A stretch of 64,000 nucleotides of DNA from an uncultured Planctomycetaceae bacterium. Lineage in GTDB: Bacteria; Planctomycetota; Planctomycetia; Planctomycetales; Planctomycetaceae. Below, piece after piece: positions 33,472-44,397 of this stretch (positions are counted from its first letter, which is position 1; each line of letters begins with the position of its first letter). The DNA lies in contig CAWFAK010000005.1 of assembly GCA_963813715.1 (NCBI GenBank), forward strand, positions 1,248,001 through 1,312,000, read 5' to 3'. Made by a program: the position numbers and the translations under genes. Under the pieces are notes generated by a model. The model was not told the origin of the DNA, searched no databases, and saw only the letters and a program-made list of their open reading frames with translations.

Positions 33472-34563
33472 ATGACAGTCGGATTCGGAATCGTCGGTTG
33501 CGGGATGATCGCCAACTTTCACGCCAAGGCGATCGAGCACATTCGCGGCGCGAAGATCGTGGCCTGCACCGATAACGTGCCGGCCGCGGCGGATCGCTTT
33601 GCAGCGGCGAACAAATGCAAGGTCTACCCGACGGTGAAGGAGCTGTGCGCCGACCCGGCCGTGGAGATCGTGACGATCTGCACCCCGAGCGGCTCGCACC
33701 GCGATCCGGCCGTGACCGCCGCCAACGCGGGCAAACATGTCATCGTCGAGAAACCGCTCGAAGTTACGCTCAAGCGGTGCGACGCCATCATCGACGCCTG
33801 CCGCAAGAACAAAGTGCAGCTGTGCGCGATCTTCCCGTCGCGATTCAGCGAGGCGAATCTGGCGCTCAAAGACGCCATTGCGGCGGGACGCTTTGGCAAG
33901 CTGACGCTCGCTGACACCTACGTGAAGTGGTGGCGAACGCAGCAATACTACGACAGTGGCGGCTGGCGCGGCACCTGGGCCCTCGACGGAGGCGGCGCTT
34001 ACATGAACCAGGCGATTCACAACGTCGACCTGTTGTATTGGTTCATGGGAGACGTCGCTGAAATCACCGGCGTGACCGCAACCTTGGCCCACGAACGGAT
34101 CGAAGTCGAAGACGTCGGCGTGGCGGCCGTCCGTTTCGCTAACGGGGCCCTCGGCGTGATCGAGGCGACGACGAGCGCTTATCCCGGCTTGCTCAAAAAG
34201 ACCGAGATTCACGGCACGCAGGGATCGGTGATCGCCGAACAGGACGACATCCTGCTTTGGAGCTTTGAGAAGCCGCTCGCCAAGGACGCAGTCATCCGCA
34301 AGAAATTCGCCCAAAAGGTCGGCGGCACGGGCGGAGCGAGCGATCCGTCGGCCATCTCGTTTCTCGGCCATCAAAAGCAGATCCAGGACTTTGTCACGTC
34401 CATCAAGAAGGGCCGCAAGCCGCTGGTCGACGGCGAGGAGGGGCGTAAGAGCGTGGAGATCATCCTCGCCATCTATAAGTCGTCCTGGACCGGCCGCCGG
34501 GTAACGCTGCCACTGGCCAGCGACCCGCCCATCCCCAAGTCCCTGCGGACCAAAAGCGGCTGA
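33472..34563 (+). CDS. Gfo/Idh/MocA oxidoreductase
   Basis: GIVGCGMI, ICTPSGSH, IVEKP, WRGTWALDGGG, NQAIH. Confidence 0.93.
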   Translation: MTVGFGIVGCGMIANFHAKAIEHIRGAKIVACTDNVPAAADRFAAANKCKVYPTVKELCADPAVEIVTICTPSGSHRDPAVTAANAGKHVIVEKPLEVTLKRCDAIIDACRKNKVQLCAIFPSRFSEANLALKDAIAAGRFGKLTLADTYVKWWRTQQYYDSGGWRGTWALDGGGAYMNQAIHNVDLLYWFMGDVAEITGVTATLAHERIEVEDVGVAAVRFANGALGVIEATTSAYPGLLKKTEIHGTQGSVIAEQDDILLWSFEKPLAKDAVIRKKFAQKVGGTGGASDPSAISFLGHQKQIQDFVTSIKKGRKPLVDGEEGRKSVEIILAIYKSSWTGRRVTLPLASDPPIPKSLRTKSG

Positions 34564-34674
34564 GCGACTCCGCCCGAAGGTACCGGGCGATTTCGGCCTT
34601 GATCGAATCTGCCCGGCTGTCGAGAATCCGCCGATTTTTGCCGACTTGCCCCATTTGGTGGCGGATTCCTTCCG

Positions 34675-35679
34675 ATGACAACTCCGCTCTGCCGGCGATT
34701 GGATCGCGACGCGCCGCTGCCGATGTTCGTGGCGTCGGTTTGCATGCTCTTGCTGCTGGCCGGCGAGATCCATTTTTCGCACGGCAAGATGTTCGGGCAC
34801 TTGCTCTTTGCCTGCCACATCGGTCTGGCGGTCGTCTGGCCGGTGTTCGTGCTCGAAGCCCTGTTATGCGCCATGGCTGGCAATCCGCGCTGGAAACGAC
34901 GCTTGGCTTGCTGTCTCTGCCCTCCGCTGCGGTTGGGAGCGCGCGACGCGTGCACCGGTGAGCGCGTCTGGCTGCCAAGGGTGGGGTGGGTGGTCGCCGA
35001 CCGCGATTTGGAAGACCGGCTGGAGCGAGCGCTCAATCTGCCAATGATTCTGATCGCGCTGTGCGTGGTTCCGCTCCTGGCCTTGGACTATTACCAGCCC
35101 GAACATCATCCACTCCTGCACCATCTGCACGACGCGGTCGCCACAGCGTCGGCTGCACCGGCCGCGCCGCCGGCCCCCCCGCCATCGCTCCCTCCGGCTC
35201 TCAGGGCGAGGCTCGCCCCCGTGCTGGCTTCGGCGCAACTGCCGTCGGTGCGTTTTGCGACCCGCATCGGCGAAGCACTGATCTGGACGGCGTTCGCGCT
35301 CGAATTCCTGGTGATGATCGCCGTCGTCGAGCGGAAGCTGAAATATTGCTTGAAGCACTGGATCGACATCCTGGTGATCGTGTTGCCGCTGGTCGCATTC
35401 CTGCGTTCTTTGCGACTGGCTCGCCTCGCACGGCTCAACCAGATCGGCAAGTTCACACGTTTGTACCGGCTGCGAGGATCGGTTGTGCGAGCGCAGAAGG
35501 GGCTGGTGGTGGCCTCGGTCATCGAACGCAAAGTCTTTCGCAATCCGCGAAAGCAGCTCGCCAAACTGCAGGACATGTTGGCGGAGAAGGAACGGGAGAC
35601 CACCTTGCTCCGCGAACAGATCCGCCAGTTGCAGCTCGAGGTCGAGCGGCACGACGCGGCCAGTCGACGCGTGGCCTGA
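34675..35679 (+). CDS. Ion-transport (voltage-sensor-like) membrane protein without pore domain
   Basis: S2-like IWTAFALEF, S3-like HWIDILVI, S4-like LRSLRLARLARL..KFTRLYRLR; no GYG/P-loop; C-terminal coiled coil. Confidence 0.8.
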   Translation: MTTPLCRRLDRDAPLPMFVASVCMLLLLAGEIHFSHGKMFGHLLFACHIGLAVVWPVFVLEALLCAMAGNPRWKRRLACCLCPPLRLGARDACTGERVWLPRVGWVVADRDLEDRLERALNLPMILIALCVVPLLALDYYQPEHHPLLHHLHDAVATASAAPAAPPAPPPSLPPALRARLAPVLASAQLPSVRFATRIGEALIWTAFALEFLVMIAVVERKLKYCLKHWIDILVIVLPLVAFLRSLRLARLARLNQIGKFTRLYRLRGSVVRAQKGLVVASVIERKVFRNPRKQLAKLQDMLAEKERETTLLREQIRQLQLEVERHDAASRRVA

Positions 35680-35706
35680 GCCGATTGTCCGCGAACCTTG
35701 ATGCCA

Positions 35707-36543
35707 TCAATCGTGATTGCTCGACTGCGCCACGCGTTTGAGGAATCGGGTCGAGCCCAGGCGGATCAGCGATCCCCCGAGCGTCGGGAACAGCGCCACA
35801 AACGCGCTCATCGGTCGCATCGGCGGCCAGTTCACGATCAGCTCGGCCTTGTCGTGCTCGATGGCTCGGATAACCGCCTCGGCCACGCGGTCGACCGTCG
35901 TCGAGCCGATGATGAACGGCGCACCGCGCCCCGATTGCTCGCGCATCCGGTCGTAGATTCCACCCTGCTCGGTAAAACCCGGGCAGATCGCCGAGGCCGA
36001 GATGCCGCGGCCGCGGTACTCGGCGCGGAGGGCGTGCGTGAAATTAATCAGGCCGGCCTTCGTCGTCCCGTACGCGGCGCCATAAGGAATGCCGAATTTG
36101 CCGGCTGTCGATGCCATGTTCACGATGTGTCCGCGGCCCGCCTTCAGCATGTGCGGAATCACCAGCCGCGTCAGCAACAGGGCCGAGGTGAGATTGACGG
36201 CAATCGTTTCGGCAATGCGGTCCAGCGGCAGCTCTTCGTAGCGATGAAAGGCCTCGACGCCGGCGTTGTTGACGAGCACGTCGATCGTCCCGAACTCGCC
36301 GATCGCTCGGTCGACCAGTGCCTCGAGCTTTTCGCGACGAGACACATCGGTCGGCACCGCCAGTGACTGCACTCCCACGGCGCGTACCGCAGCGGCGGCG
36401 TTTTCCAAGACGTCGGGCCGACGGGCCGCCAAAACAACGTTCGCTCCCGCTTGGGCCAGTCGCCTCGCGACGGCCAGGCCGATGCCGGCCGAGGCGCCGG
36501 TCACCAGTGCCGTGCTTCCACGAAGCTCGATCCGCCGCCCCAT
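35707..36543 (-). CDS. SDR family oxidoreductase
   Basis: VTGASAGIG, NNAG, YGTTK. Confidence 0.93.
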   Translation of the reverse strand: MGRRIELRGSTALVTGASAGIGLAVARRLAQAGANVVLAARRPDVLENAAAAVRAVGVQSLAVPTDVSRREKLEALVDRAIGEFGTIDVLVNNAGVEAFHRYEELPLDRIAETIAVNLTSALLLTRLVIPHMLKAGRGHIVNMASTAGKFGIPYGAAYGTTKAGLINFTHALRAEYRGRGISASAICPGFTEQGGIYDRMREQSGRGAPFIIGSTTVDRVAEAVIRAIEHDKAELIVNWPPMRPMSAFVALFPTLGGSLIRLGSTRFLKRVAQSSNHD

Positions 36544-36672
36544 TGCCGTGACCTCCACACGCGTCTTCACCCCGGTCGAACGTCGCGCACCGGTGATTGA
36601 CCTGACATTCGGTGCAACGGGATAATAGGGCCTCCGTGGCGATCCCGCGACCCGGGGATTCGTGGTGGCCCG

Positions 36673-37404
36673 ATGAGCAATCCCTGGCTGACGCTGGCGA
36701 AAGACGACCCGCAGGCGGTCGCCGCCAAGAAGGCCATCGAAACCGGCGACGTCGCAGGGTTGAATGGCCTGCTTCAACAGAACCCCGACCTGGTCCGCAC
36801 GCGGTTCGGCGGCGAAAGCGGACGAACGCTGCTGCACATCGCCGCCGACTGGCCGGGGCATTTCCCGAACGGGCCGGCAATTGTGGCGGCCATCGTCGCG
36901 GCCGGGGCCGATGTGAATGCTCATTCGATCGCCCTGCACGAGGAAACGCCCCTGCATTGGGCTGCCAGCAGTGACGACGTTGCCGTGCTCGACGCTCTGC
37001 TCGATCATGGGGCTGACATCGAAGCCCAGGGAGCCGTGATTGGCGGCGGCAGCGCGCTCGCGGATGCATGCGCCTTCGGCCAATGGCAGGCGGCCCGTCG
37101 GCTGATTGAGCGGGGAGCCAAGAGCAATCTCTGGCAGTCGGCCACGCTGGGGTTGATGGATCGCGTCTCTGGGGAATTCGTGGGCAATACGCTGCCGCTC
37201 GAGGATATTACGAACGCCTTCTGGTGCGCCTGTCACGGTGGCCAGCGCGAGGCGGCCGAATACCTGCTCGCCCACGGCGCTGATCGAAACTGGATTGGAC
37301 ACGACCAACAGACGCCTCTCGACGCGGCCCGCCGCAGCGAAGCCCACGAACTGGCCGAGTGGTTGGTCACACAGGGTGCGAAATCGGCGACTGAACTCAA
37401 GTGA
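36673..37404 (+). CDS. Ankyrin repeat protein
   Basis: RTLLHIAA, ETPLHWAA, LLDHGADI, TPLDAA. Confidence 0.9.
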   Translation: MSNPWLTLAKDDPQAVAAKKAIETGDVAGLNGLLQQNPDLVRTRFGGESGRTLLHIAADWPGHFPNGPAIVAAIVAAGADVNAHSIALHEETPLHWAASSDDVAVLDALLDHGADIEAQGAVIGGGSALADACAFGQWQAARRLIERGAKSNLWQSATLGLMDRVSGEFVGNTLPLEDITNAFWCACHGGQREAAEYLLAHGADRNWIGHDQQTPLDAARRSEAHELAEWLVTQGAKSATELK

Positions 37405-38264
37405 CCTTTCGCGCACTCACCACGCGCAACAGTCCGGCCGCATCCTTGAGCACCCGCACGTCGGCATAGCTGCCGGCCGCTTCCAACCGTGCCCGCACGG
37501 CATCGGCCTGCTCGGGCGAGATCTCCAACAGCAGCATACCGCCAGGCGTCAGTCGCGAGGCGGCACCGTCGATGATGCGAAACACAATCTCCGTTCCCGA
37601 CGGGCCGGCAAACAAAGCGGTATGCGGTTCATAACGGCGAACATCGTTTTGCAGCGTTTCGCGCTCGTGGTCGGCAATGTACGGCGGATTGCTGGCAATC
37701 ACTTCAAACTGCTCGCCCGGGGGCAGCGGCGCGAACAGGTCGCCCTGCAGGAAGCGAATGCGGTCGGCCACCGCGTGCGTCTGTGCGTTCTCCCGTGCGA
37801 TGGCCAGGGCCGCTTCGCTCAGATCGGTCGCCGTGACTCGGGCTTTCGGCAGATTCACCGCCGCCGCCACGGCGATGCAGCCGGACCCGGTGCCAATGTC
37901 CAGAATGCGGGGGGATTCGAGCGGCTTGGCGGCGTCGATCAGCTCGACGACCAGCGTCTCCGTGTCGGGCCGCGGAATGAGCACATCGGGCGTGACGCGA
38001 AACTCGAGACTGAAGAACTCGCGATGGCCGACCAGAGTAGGCGACCGGTTCGGACTTCGCCCGACGCTTGGCCAGATCGCGCATCACGGCCCGCTGGGCG
38101 TCGGTCAGCGGTTCGTCGAAATGCGTGTAAAGCTCGATGCGGCGGCAGGCGCGGGCGTGGGCCAGGAGAATCTCGGCATCCAGGCGCGGAGTGTCGCTGC
38201 CATGTTGTTTGAAATGGGCAGTGGTCCAGTCCAGAATCCGCCGGACGGTCCACTCTTCGGTCAT
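37397..38264 (-). CDS. prmC: Release factor glutamine methyltransferase (frameshift near 38035)
   Basis: EPVAY, LIPRPDTE, LDIGTGSG, SNPPY; downstream of prfA. Confidence 0.95.
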
Positions 38265-38294
38265 AACGGTCACCGGATCCACCTAAGGGCGGCG

Positions 38295-38408
38295 TCGGGT
38301 GGCGGGGGCGTTCCGCACTTGCGGAAGCCCCGTCGTGCGATCGCCCGCAATCGCGACACCTTTATCGGTCCGGGGCTTCCGCGACCGCGGAGCGCCCCGG
38401 CCACCCGA
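38295..38408. repeat. REP-like inverted doublet
   Basis: TCGGGTGGCGGGGGCGTTCCGCACTTGCGGAAGCCCCG (38295-38332) and near-inverted copy at 38371-38408; each is internally palindromic. Confidence 0.75.
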
Positions 38409-38432
38409 GCTGAGCCAACCGATCGCGACGGC

Positions 38433-39521
38433 TCATTTCGACGAATTCCCGTCGCCCTTCGCGCCGTTGAGGCGCTCCTGGCGATCGAATTCGACGAGCG
38501 CACTGACCAGCTCGTCGATGTCGCCCTGCATGAACTGGTCGATTTTGTGCACCGTCAGGCCGATGCGGTGATCGGTCACGCGCCCCTGCGGAAAGTTGTA
38601 GGTGCGAATCCGCTCGTTGCGGCCGCCGCCGCCAATCAGCGAGCGCCGGTGGTCCGACCGCTCCTGATCGACCTGCTGCTGCTTGTGCTCGAAGATGCGG
38701 CTGCGAAGCTGGCGGAGTGCCTTGGCTTTGTTCTTGTGCTGACTTTTTTCGTCCTGGCACTTCACGACGATGCCCGTGGGCAAGTGCGTGATGCGGATAG
38801 CACTTTCCGTCTTGTTGACCTTTTGACCGCCCGGGCCGCTCGCGCGCATCGTGTCGATCTGCAGGTCTTCCGTGCGGATGTCGACTTCGACCTCGGTCAC
38901 TTCCGGCAGGACGGCGACGGTGGCCGTGCTCGTGTGGATGCGGCCCTGAGCTTCGGTCTCGGGAACGCGCTGCACGCGATGCCCGCCGCTCTCGAACTGC
39001 AGTTGTTGAAAGGCCGTTTCGCCGGTGACGGAAAAAACGACTTCCTTCAAGCCCCCCAGCTCGGTCGGGCTAAGATCGAGCACTTCGTATTTCCAGCCGC
39101 GCTTGTCGGCAAACCGCTTGTACATGTCGAACAGCTCGGCGGCGAAGAGAGCCGCTTCGTCGCCGCCGGTCCCCGCGCGGACTTCCATGATGAGGCTGCC
39201 GCGGGTGGCCGAGTCGCCGGCCGAGGCCAAATCTTCCAAGTCGGCTTCGAGCGCTTTTTGCTCGATAAGCAGCTGGTCCAGTTCGGTCTTGGCGTATTCG
39301 CGGGCCTGGTGGTCTTTTTCTTCTTCGAGCAGGGCGCGGGCCGACTCTACGTCGTCCTTGAGCGCGTGGTAGCGGCGCATGGCCCGCGCGACCTTGATCA
39401 ACCCCCCTTGCTCGCGCTGCAGCGGCAGGAACTTGGCGGGGTCGCTCGAATTCGCCGGGTCCTGGAGCATCTGCTCCAGCTCGTCGTAGCGTTTGAGCTT
39501 GGATTCAAGACTGGGATACAT
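38433..39521 (-). CDS. prfA: Peptide chain release factor 1
   Basis: [19 protein letters not shown] (PxT), GPGGQ, RTYNFPQ. Confidence 0.97.
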   Translation of the reverse strand: MYPSLESKLKRYDELEQMLQDPANSSDPAKFLPLQREQGGLIKVARAMRRYHALKDDVESARALLEEEKDHQAREYAKTELDQLLIEQKALEADLEDLASAGDSATRGSLIMEVRAGTGGDEAALFAAELFDMYKRFADKRGWKYEVLDLSPTELGGLKEVVFSVTGETAFQQLQFESGGHRVQRVPETEAQGRIHTSTATVAVLPEVTEVEVDIRTEDLQIDTMRASGPGGQKVNKTESAIRITHLPTGIVVKCQDEKSQHKNKAKALRQLRSRIFEHKQQQVDQERSDHRRSLIGGGGRNERIRTYNFPQGRVTDHRIGLTVHKIDQFMQGDIDELVSALVEFDRQERLNGAKGDGNSSK

Positions 39522-39701
39522 GGCGAATGCGAACCGGAGAGCGGCCTTCGAGCGTCACACGATCCGTCGGTGGGGCTGGCTTGGACCCGTATTTTACGAC
39601 GTCCGCATTCTAAGCGGCCCAGTCAACACACGGCCGCCGAGGATCGTCGACGGCCCGACTACGGGCAGAACGGGCGTTGCATCGTCCGGCAAACGGAATC
39701 C

Positions 39702-39992
39702 CTACGAGGCGGCTTCGCCTTCGGCGGGGGCGGCGGCGCCCTTGCGCGAGGCCCACTTGTATTTTTTCTGGAACTTCTCGACCCGTCCAGCGGCGTCGAC
39801 GTACTTCATCTTCCCGGTGAAATACGGGTGCGAGTAGGCGCTGATATCCACGCGGATGAGCGGATAGTCTTTGCCGTCCTCCCACTTGACCGTTTCCTTC
39901 GAGGTCATCGTGGTGCGGGACAAGAACTTATGGCCTGTCGACGTATCGAGAAACACGGCCTCTTTGTAGTCCGGGTGAATTCCAGCTTTCAT
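39702..39992 (-). CDS. rpmE2: 50S ribosomal protein L31, type B (no Cys)
   Basis: [31 protein letters not shown]; lacks CxxC. Confidence 0.92.
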   Translation of the reverse strand: MKAGIHPDYKEAVFLDTSTGHKFLSRTTMTSKETVKWEDGKDYPLIRVDISAYSHPYFTGKMKYVDAAGRVEKFQKKYKWASRKGAAAPAEGEAAS

Positions 39993-40230
39993 CGCATCGC
40001 CCTATTGCCGACGGCTCGGCCAAAGAATCGTGAAACCAGTTTGCGAACAGGCCAGTTTAGAAACCGAAAGCCCGGGGAGCAACATTAGCCGGCTGGTCAG
40101 CCACGGGGCCGACCGCCCGGGATGCTCGGAGGACCTGCCATTCCGCCGAATCGCTCCGGCCGCCATCGATCGCGATCGTCCGGAAGGGACCGGACCGGTC
40201 TCCTTCGGGTTCGGTCCGCTTCACGAGAAT

Positions 40231-40554
40231 GTGTCCGGACCTGACGTGGATCGGACATGGACCTGACAGTGCTGGAGTCACAAGTCATTTCTCAATTTTC
40301 ACTTATGGCGAAAAACTGGGTCAAAGCCGGCTTCCGGTCCGATCCGGTCCTCTTCCCGCAGAAAGTGTCCGGACCTGCGAGTCCGGGCTGGCCGAGACTG
40401 TCCGGACCTGAGAGTCCGGACCCGCCGAGACTGTCCGGACCTGAGTGTCCGGACCTGGCCGAGAGTGTCCGGGCCGGACTTGCGACAGCCGGATCGCCCG
40501 CTCGGGGTCAAACTCTTCGCGGGTCTGTTTCCTAATAAAGAAAGTGTCCGGACC
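40231..40554. repeat. Array of GTCCGGAC palindromes including a 33-bp tandem repeat
   Basis: Exact GTCCGGAC at 40233, 40367, 40400, 40414, 40433, 40447, 40546; GTCCGGGC at 40381, 40467. Confidence 0.85.
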
Positions 40555-40796
40555 GAACCTCTTTGTGACCTCGGCGGAACGGTCCGTCCCCCCTGTTCGG
40601 CCGCGTTGGCCTCCCCCGCGCGCACCGATTTCGTCCGAACTCCGTGGTCGAAATCCGCATCATCGATCCTACGGCGGGCGTCGCGACGGCGCCGAGCCCA
40701 AGTTTCCATGTGCGTGGAAACAACTCGCGAAATCCCGGGGGAGCGTCTTCCGACGGGCGATGCCTCGCGATCGATGATCGGGCAGAACATTTTCCA

Positions 40797-41174
40797 ATGA
40801 CGAAGTCCCAAACGCCCAAGATCGATCGCCGCCTGCTCGGCGTGTGGCGATCCGACCGTGGCCGGACATTTCGGAACTACAAGCCTGGGCCGAAATCAAC
40901 TCCCCGGTCATCTCGCCGCTTCAAAGCAATCTTCGGAAAACTGCGAGTCCGCTGGACGCGCAAGTTTGTGTACACGGAGTACGAGGCGAGTCGGAGTCGC
41001 AGCTCCTACGCGGTCGTGGCCAGCGATCGGATCAGCGTGGTCGTTTGCATCGACGACGAGTTGCTGCACGTGCACTTCGAGGGCGACCACTATTGGATCG
41101 GCGTCAAAGGCATTTTGTGCGAGCATTTCAACCGAGTGAAACGGCCCCCGCGACGAGTCCGTCGTAGGGCGTGA
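40797..41174 (+). CDS. Hypothetical basic protein (possibly beta-barrel)
   Basis: MTKSQTPKIDRRLLGVWRSD...; 125 aa, alternating beta-strand-like pattern. Confidence 0.6.
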   Translation: MTKSQTPKIDRRLLGVWRSDRGRTFRNYKPGPKSTPRSSRRFKAIFGKLRVRWTRKFVYTEYEASRSRSSYAVVASDRISVVVCIDDELLHVHFEGDHYWIGVKGILCEHFNRVKRPPRRVRRRA

Positions 41175-41296
41175 CCAGGTGACAGCCGCAGGCACACCGC
41201 CCGAATCATCGCGGACAACTGCGGTCGACTTTGTCGCGGACAGTATCGCATCGGAGAACCGGCTGGCTGACACCGCCGCTCGCCAGAGAAGCCGCG

Positions 41297-41340
41297 CTAC
41301 ATCCACTCTTTGATGAGCTGGCCTTCCACGAGATGGATCG
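41297..41340 (-). pseudogene. Duplicated 3' end of the DUF1501 gene
   Basis: 40/44 nt identical to 43080-43123; encodes IHLVEGQLIKEWM*. Confidence 0.85.
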
Positions 41341-41394
41341 AGATCTCGCGCCGCCGCATTCATCCGGCCCGGCGCCCAGAGTTTGTAAAACCAC

Positions 41395-42836
41395 TCATCG
41401 AACCGCGAGCTCTTTAGCGACTTCTTTTGCCGCGAGCAAACCGGATCGAATCGCGCCGTCCATGTAGCCCGTCCATTTTTCGGACGTTTCGGTGCCCGCC
41501 CAATGGATTCGCCCGATCCTCGGCCGTAGTGCGGCACCGTATTTCGTCAGCACTCCCGGCTCGAGCGGCGAGACGCAGCCCGCCGTGTATCTTTCCGCAC
41601 TCCAGTCCATTTCGTAAAACGCGACTGGGGTGGCGGCCGCTTTGCCGAATAATCCGACCAGACCATTTACGATCTGTTGCTTGCGCCGACGAGCCTTTGG
41701 CCAGCTCGTGGGATTCGGCGAAGAGCATGATGACCCCCGGCGTGCCTTCCGGCGGCGTGTTGTCGATCGTGAAAGGAACGGGCCCGGCATCGCTCAACGA
41801 CATCCCGCTGAGACCTCGATCGCGCCAAAACGGCCTGTCGTAAACCACGTTAATTTTGACACCACCCTCCTTCTGGACCCATCGCGCTTGCAGTTGTCGG
41901 CGGGCTTCGGGAAGCTCGGGCTCGAATCGGATGCGGGTACAGCTTCCCGGCATAAGCGCCATCACGACTTGGCCCGCCTCGACCGATCCTTTCGTGGTTT
42001 CGACGACAACGCTTTTGTCGTTCTGACGAATGCGTTGGACGGGCTCGCCGAGCCGCACGTGGTCGGCGAGTTCTTTCGCCATCTTCAGCGAGAGGATCTG
42101 CGAGCCGCCTTTGATTCTCGAGTCCTGCGCCCCGCCTCCCATGCTTTCCAGGTCGTGCAAACTGCCGGCTGAATGAACGTAATAGAGGAAATATAAGAAT
42201 GAGAGACGCTGCGGAGTCGTTCCCAAGGTCAGTGCCGCCGCGCCGCTGAGGGTCGAGCGATCCGCCGCATTGACCGCCTCGTCGCGCATCCAATCCTCGA
42301 GCGTCATCGCGTCCCATTCCGCGGCCTTTTTGGCCTGCCACGGAGCGTTGAGCGGCACCTGGGCCGCCAGCGCGTCGATCTTCTTCTGGAGTTTGGTCGT
42401 CGCCTCGCCGGCTGCCGCGTAGGGCACCTCGATTCGAATCCCGCCCGCTTTGTAGACCAGGCTCCCCTTCAAGTAGGTCTTGAAGGTCTCGACGCCGAGT
42501 TCCTTGCACAGACTCAGAATCGCAGTTTGAGTCGGACCAACCCACTGCCCGCCTCCCTCCACAACTCGGCCCTTGCCGATGTCATGGTTCACGGTACGGC
42601 CGCCCACTCGATCGCGGGCGTCGAAAACGACGATCCGGTTGATTCCCGACTTCGTCAGCGCCCGCGCTGCAGTCAATCCCGCGAGCCCCGCGCCGACGAT
42701 CGCGACGTCGAAGAACTCGCCTGCTCCGGGCCGTTGTGATCGCGACGGTCACGGAGCGATTCAGCGAAAGATGCACACCCGCTGCCGCTGCCGTTCCCAG
42801 GAGCTTTCGCCGCGAAATCCTCTTCGAAGGGTGCAT
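41395..42836 (-). CDS. Flavin monoamine oxidase family protein with Tat signal (2 frameshifts)
   Basis: ISRRKLLG Tat motif, IVGAGLAG, ARDRVGGR, GGQWVGPTQ, IHWAGTET..W.GYMDGAIRSG. Confidence 0.9.
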
Positions 42837-43079
42837 GGTGCCCACGGTCCTCGTTTTGTGCCTTCCCGCGATTGACCGATTGAGACGGCGCGCTGGCTTC
42901 GGGAAGAATGCTAATCCAGGGTCGGAACACCGGCAACGATTGTCCCACCCTCTGGGCATTAAATCGCAAAGAGCGGATTCGACGACCCGACCTTGAAGAG
43001 AGGAGCGGGGCCTTGTACTGGGCGCTGCAAAGCAGGGGCAGGCGGCTCAGTGACGCGAAGCATCACTCCAGCCGAGCGC

Positions 43080-44397
43080 CTACATCCACTCTTTGATGAG
43101 CTGCCCTTCCACCAGGCGGATCGGGCGGCCGTCCGGCGATTTCACCGTCAGGTCGGCGGGCAGGCCGAGCTTGGCGTAGATCGTGGCGGCGATGTCGTCG
43201 GTGAAGTACTCATCGCGGAGGACCTTGCCTCCTTCGTCGTCCGTCGCACCGAGAATGGCGCCGCCGGGTACGCCCGCACCGGCCATCACGGCGAAGCCGG
43301 CGGAGGCCCAGTGGTCGCGGCCGCTGGCCGAGTTGATCTGGGGCGTGCGGCCGAAGTCGGTCAGCCAGACGACGAGCGTCGTGTCGAGCAGGCCGCGCTC
43401 CGCCAGATCGGTGATGAGTTGGGGCAGCCCCTTGTCGATCGGCGGCACGAGCCGTTTGAGTGCGGTGAAATTGTTCTGGTGCGTGTCCCAGCCGGTGTCG
43501 GTGACGGTGACGAAACGGACGCCCGCTTCAATTAGCCGGCGGGCGAGCAGACAGCTCTGGCCGAACCGCGTGCGGCCGTAGCGATCGCGAAGCTTCGGAT
43601 CTTCGGCCTGAATCTCGAAGGCCCGCTTGGTCTCGGGAGCCGTGATCATGTTGAGGGCCGTCTTGTAATGCTCGTCGAGCGCGTGATAGGCGGCCGGCTG
43701 GAGTTCCGAGTGGCGTTCGAGCGTGTCGATGGCGCCCAGCATGCGTCGCCGTCGACTCAAACGCTGCGCCGAGATGCCGGAGGGAGGCGTGATGTCGCGA
43801 ACGTTCAGCTCTTTCGCGTTGGGATCGGCCAGCATCTCGAACGGGTTGTGTTGCAGCCCGAGGATGCCTGCGCTGCCCCCGTTAAACCGGTGGTCCATGT
43901 AATCGCCGAGTTGCACGAAGGGCGGCAACGGCGCTGCGGAAGCCTTTTTCGTGGCTGATCACCGAGCCGAAGCATGGATACGTGACCGCCTGGTTGAATT
44001 GCCGGCCCGACATCATCCAGGCTTCGGCCATGCCGTGCGACCCGTTCTTCGGGTTCCAGCCTCGCAGCACGGCGAACCGCTTCAGCCCGGCGGCCATGTT
44101 CGGACAGATTTCGGAGAACTGCACCCCGGGAACTGCCGTGCTGATTGCCCCGAACTCGCCGCGCACGCTCGCCGCTGCGTTAGGCTTGGGGTCGAGCGTA
44201 TCGTGATGGCTGGTGCCGCCGTGCGTCCAAACGAGGATGCAGTTGAAGTCGCGCCCGGTCGTAGCGGCCTGCAGCGACTTAGCCTTCAAGAACGTCGGTA
44301 GCGAGACACCCAACCCCGCGAGCGCTCCGACGCGCAAAAAACTTCGTCGGGACATCCCTTCACACGTCCGCGCGGAACCGCAGAGTAGATCGAGCAT
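43080..44397 (-). CDS. DUF1501 domain protein (frameshift near 43930)
   Basis: SRRSFLRVG, GGTSHHDTLDPKP, LLARRLIEAGVRFV, WDTH, DFGRTP, GRDHW. Confidence 0.93.

Noticed and set aside
37677..40088. 803-aa plus-strand ORF
   Set aside because: Antisense shadow of prmC/prfA/rpmE2 caused by GC-rich codon bias; no recognisable motifs
40231..40554. CRISPR array
   Set aside because: Units are contiguous with no unique spacers, and there are no cas genes
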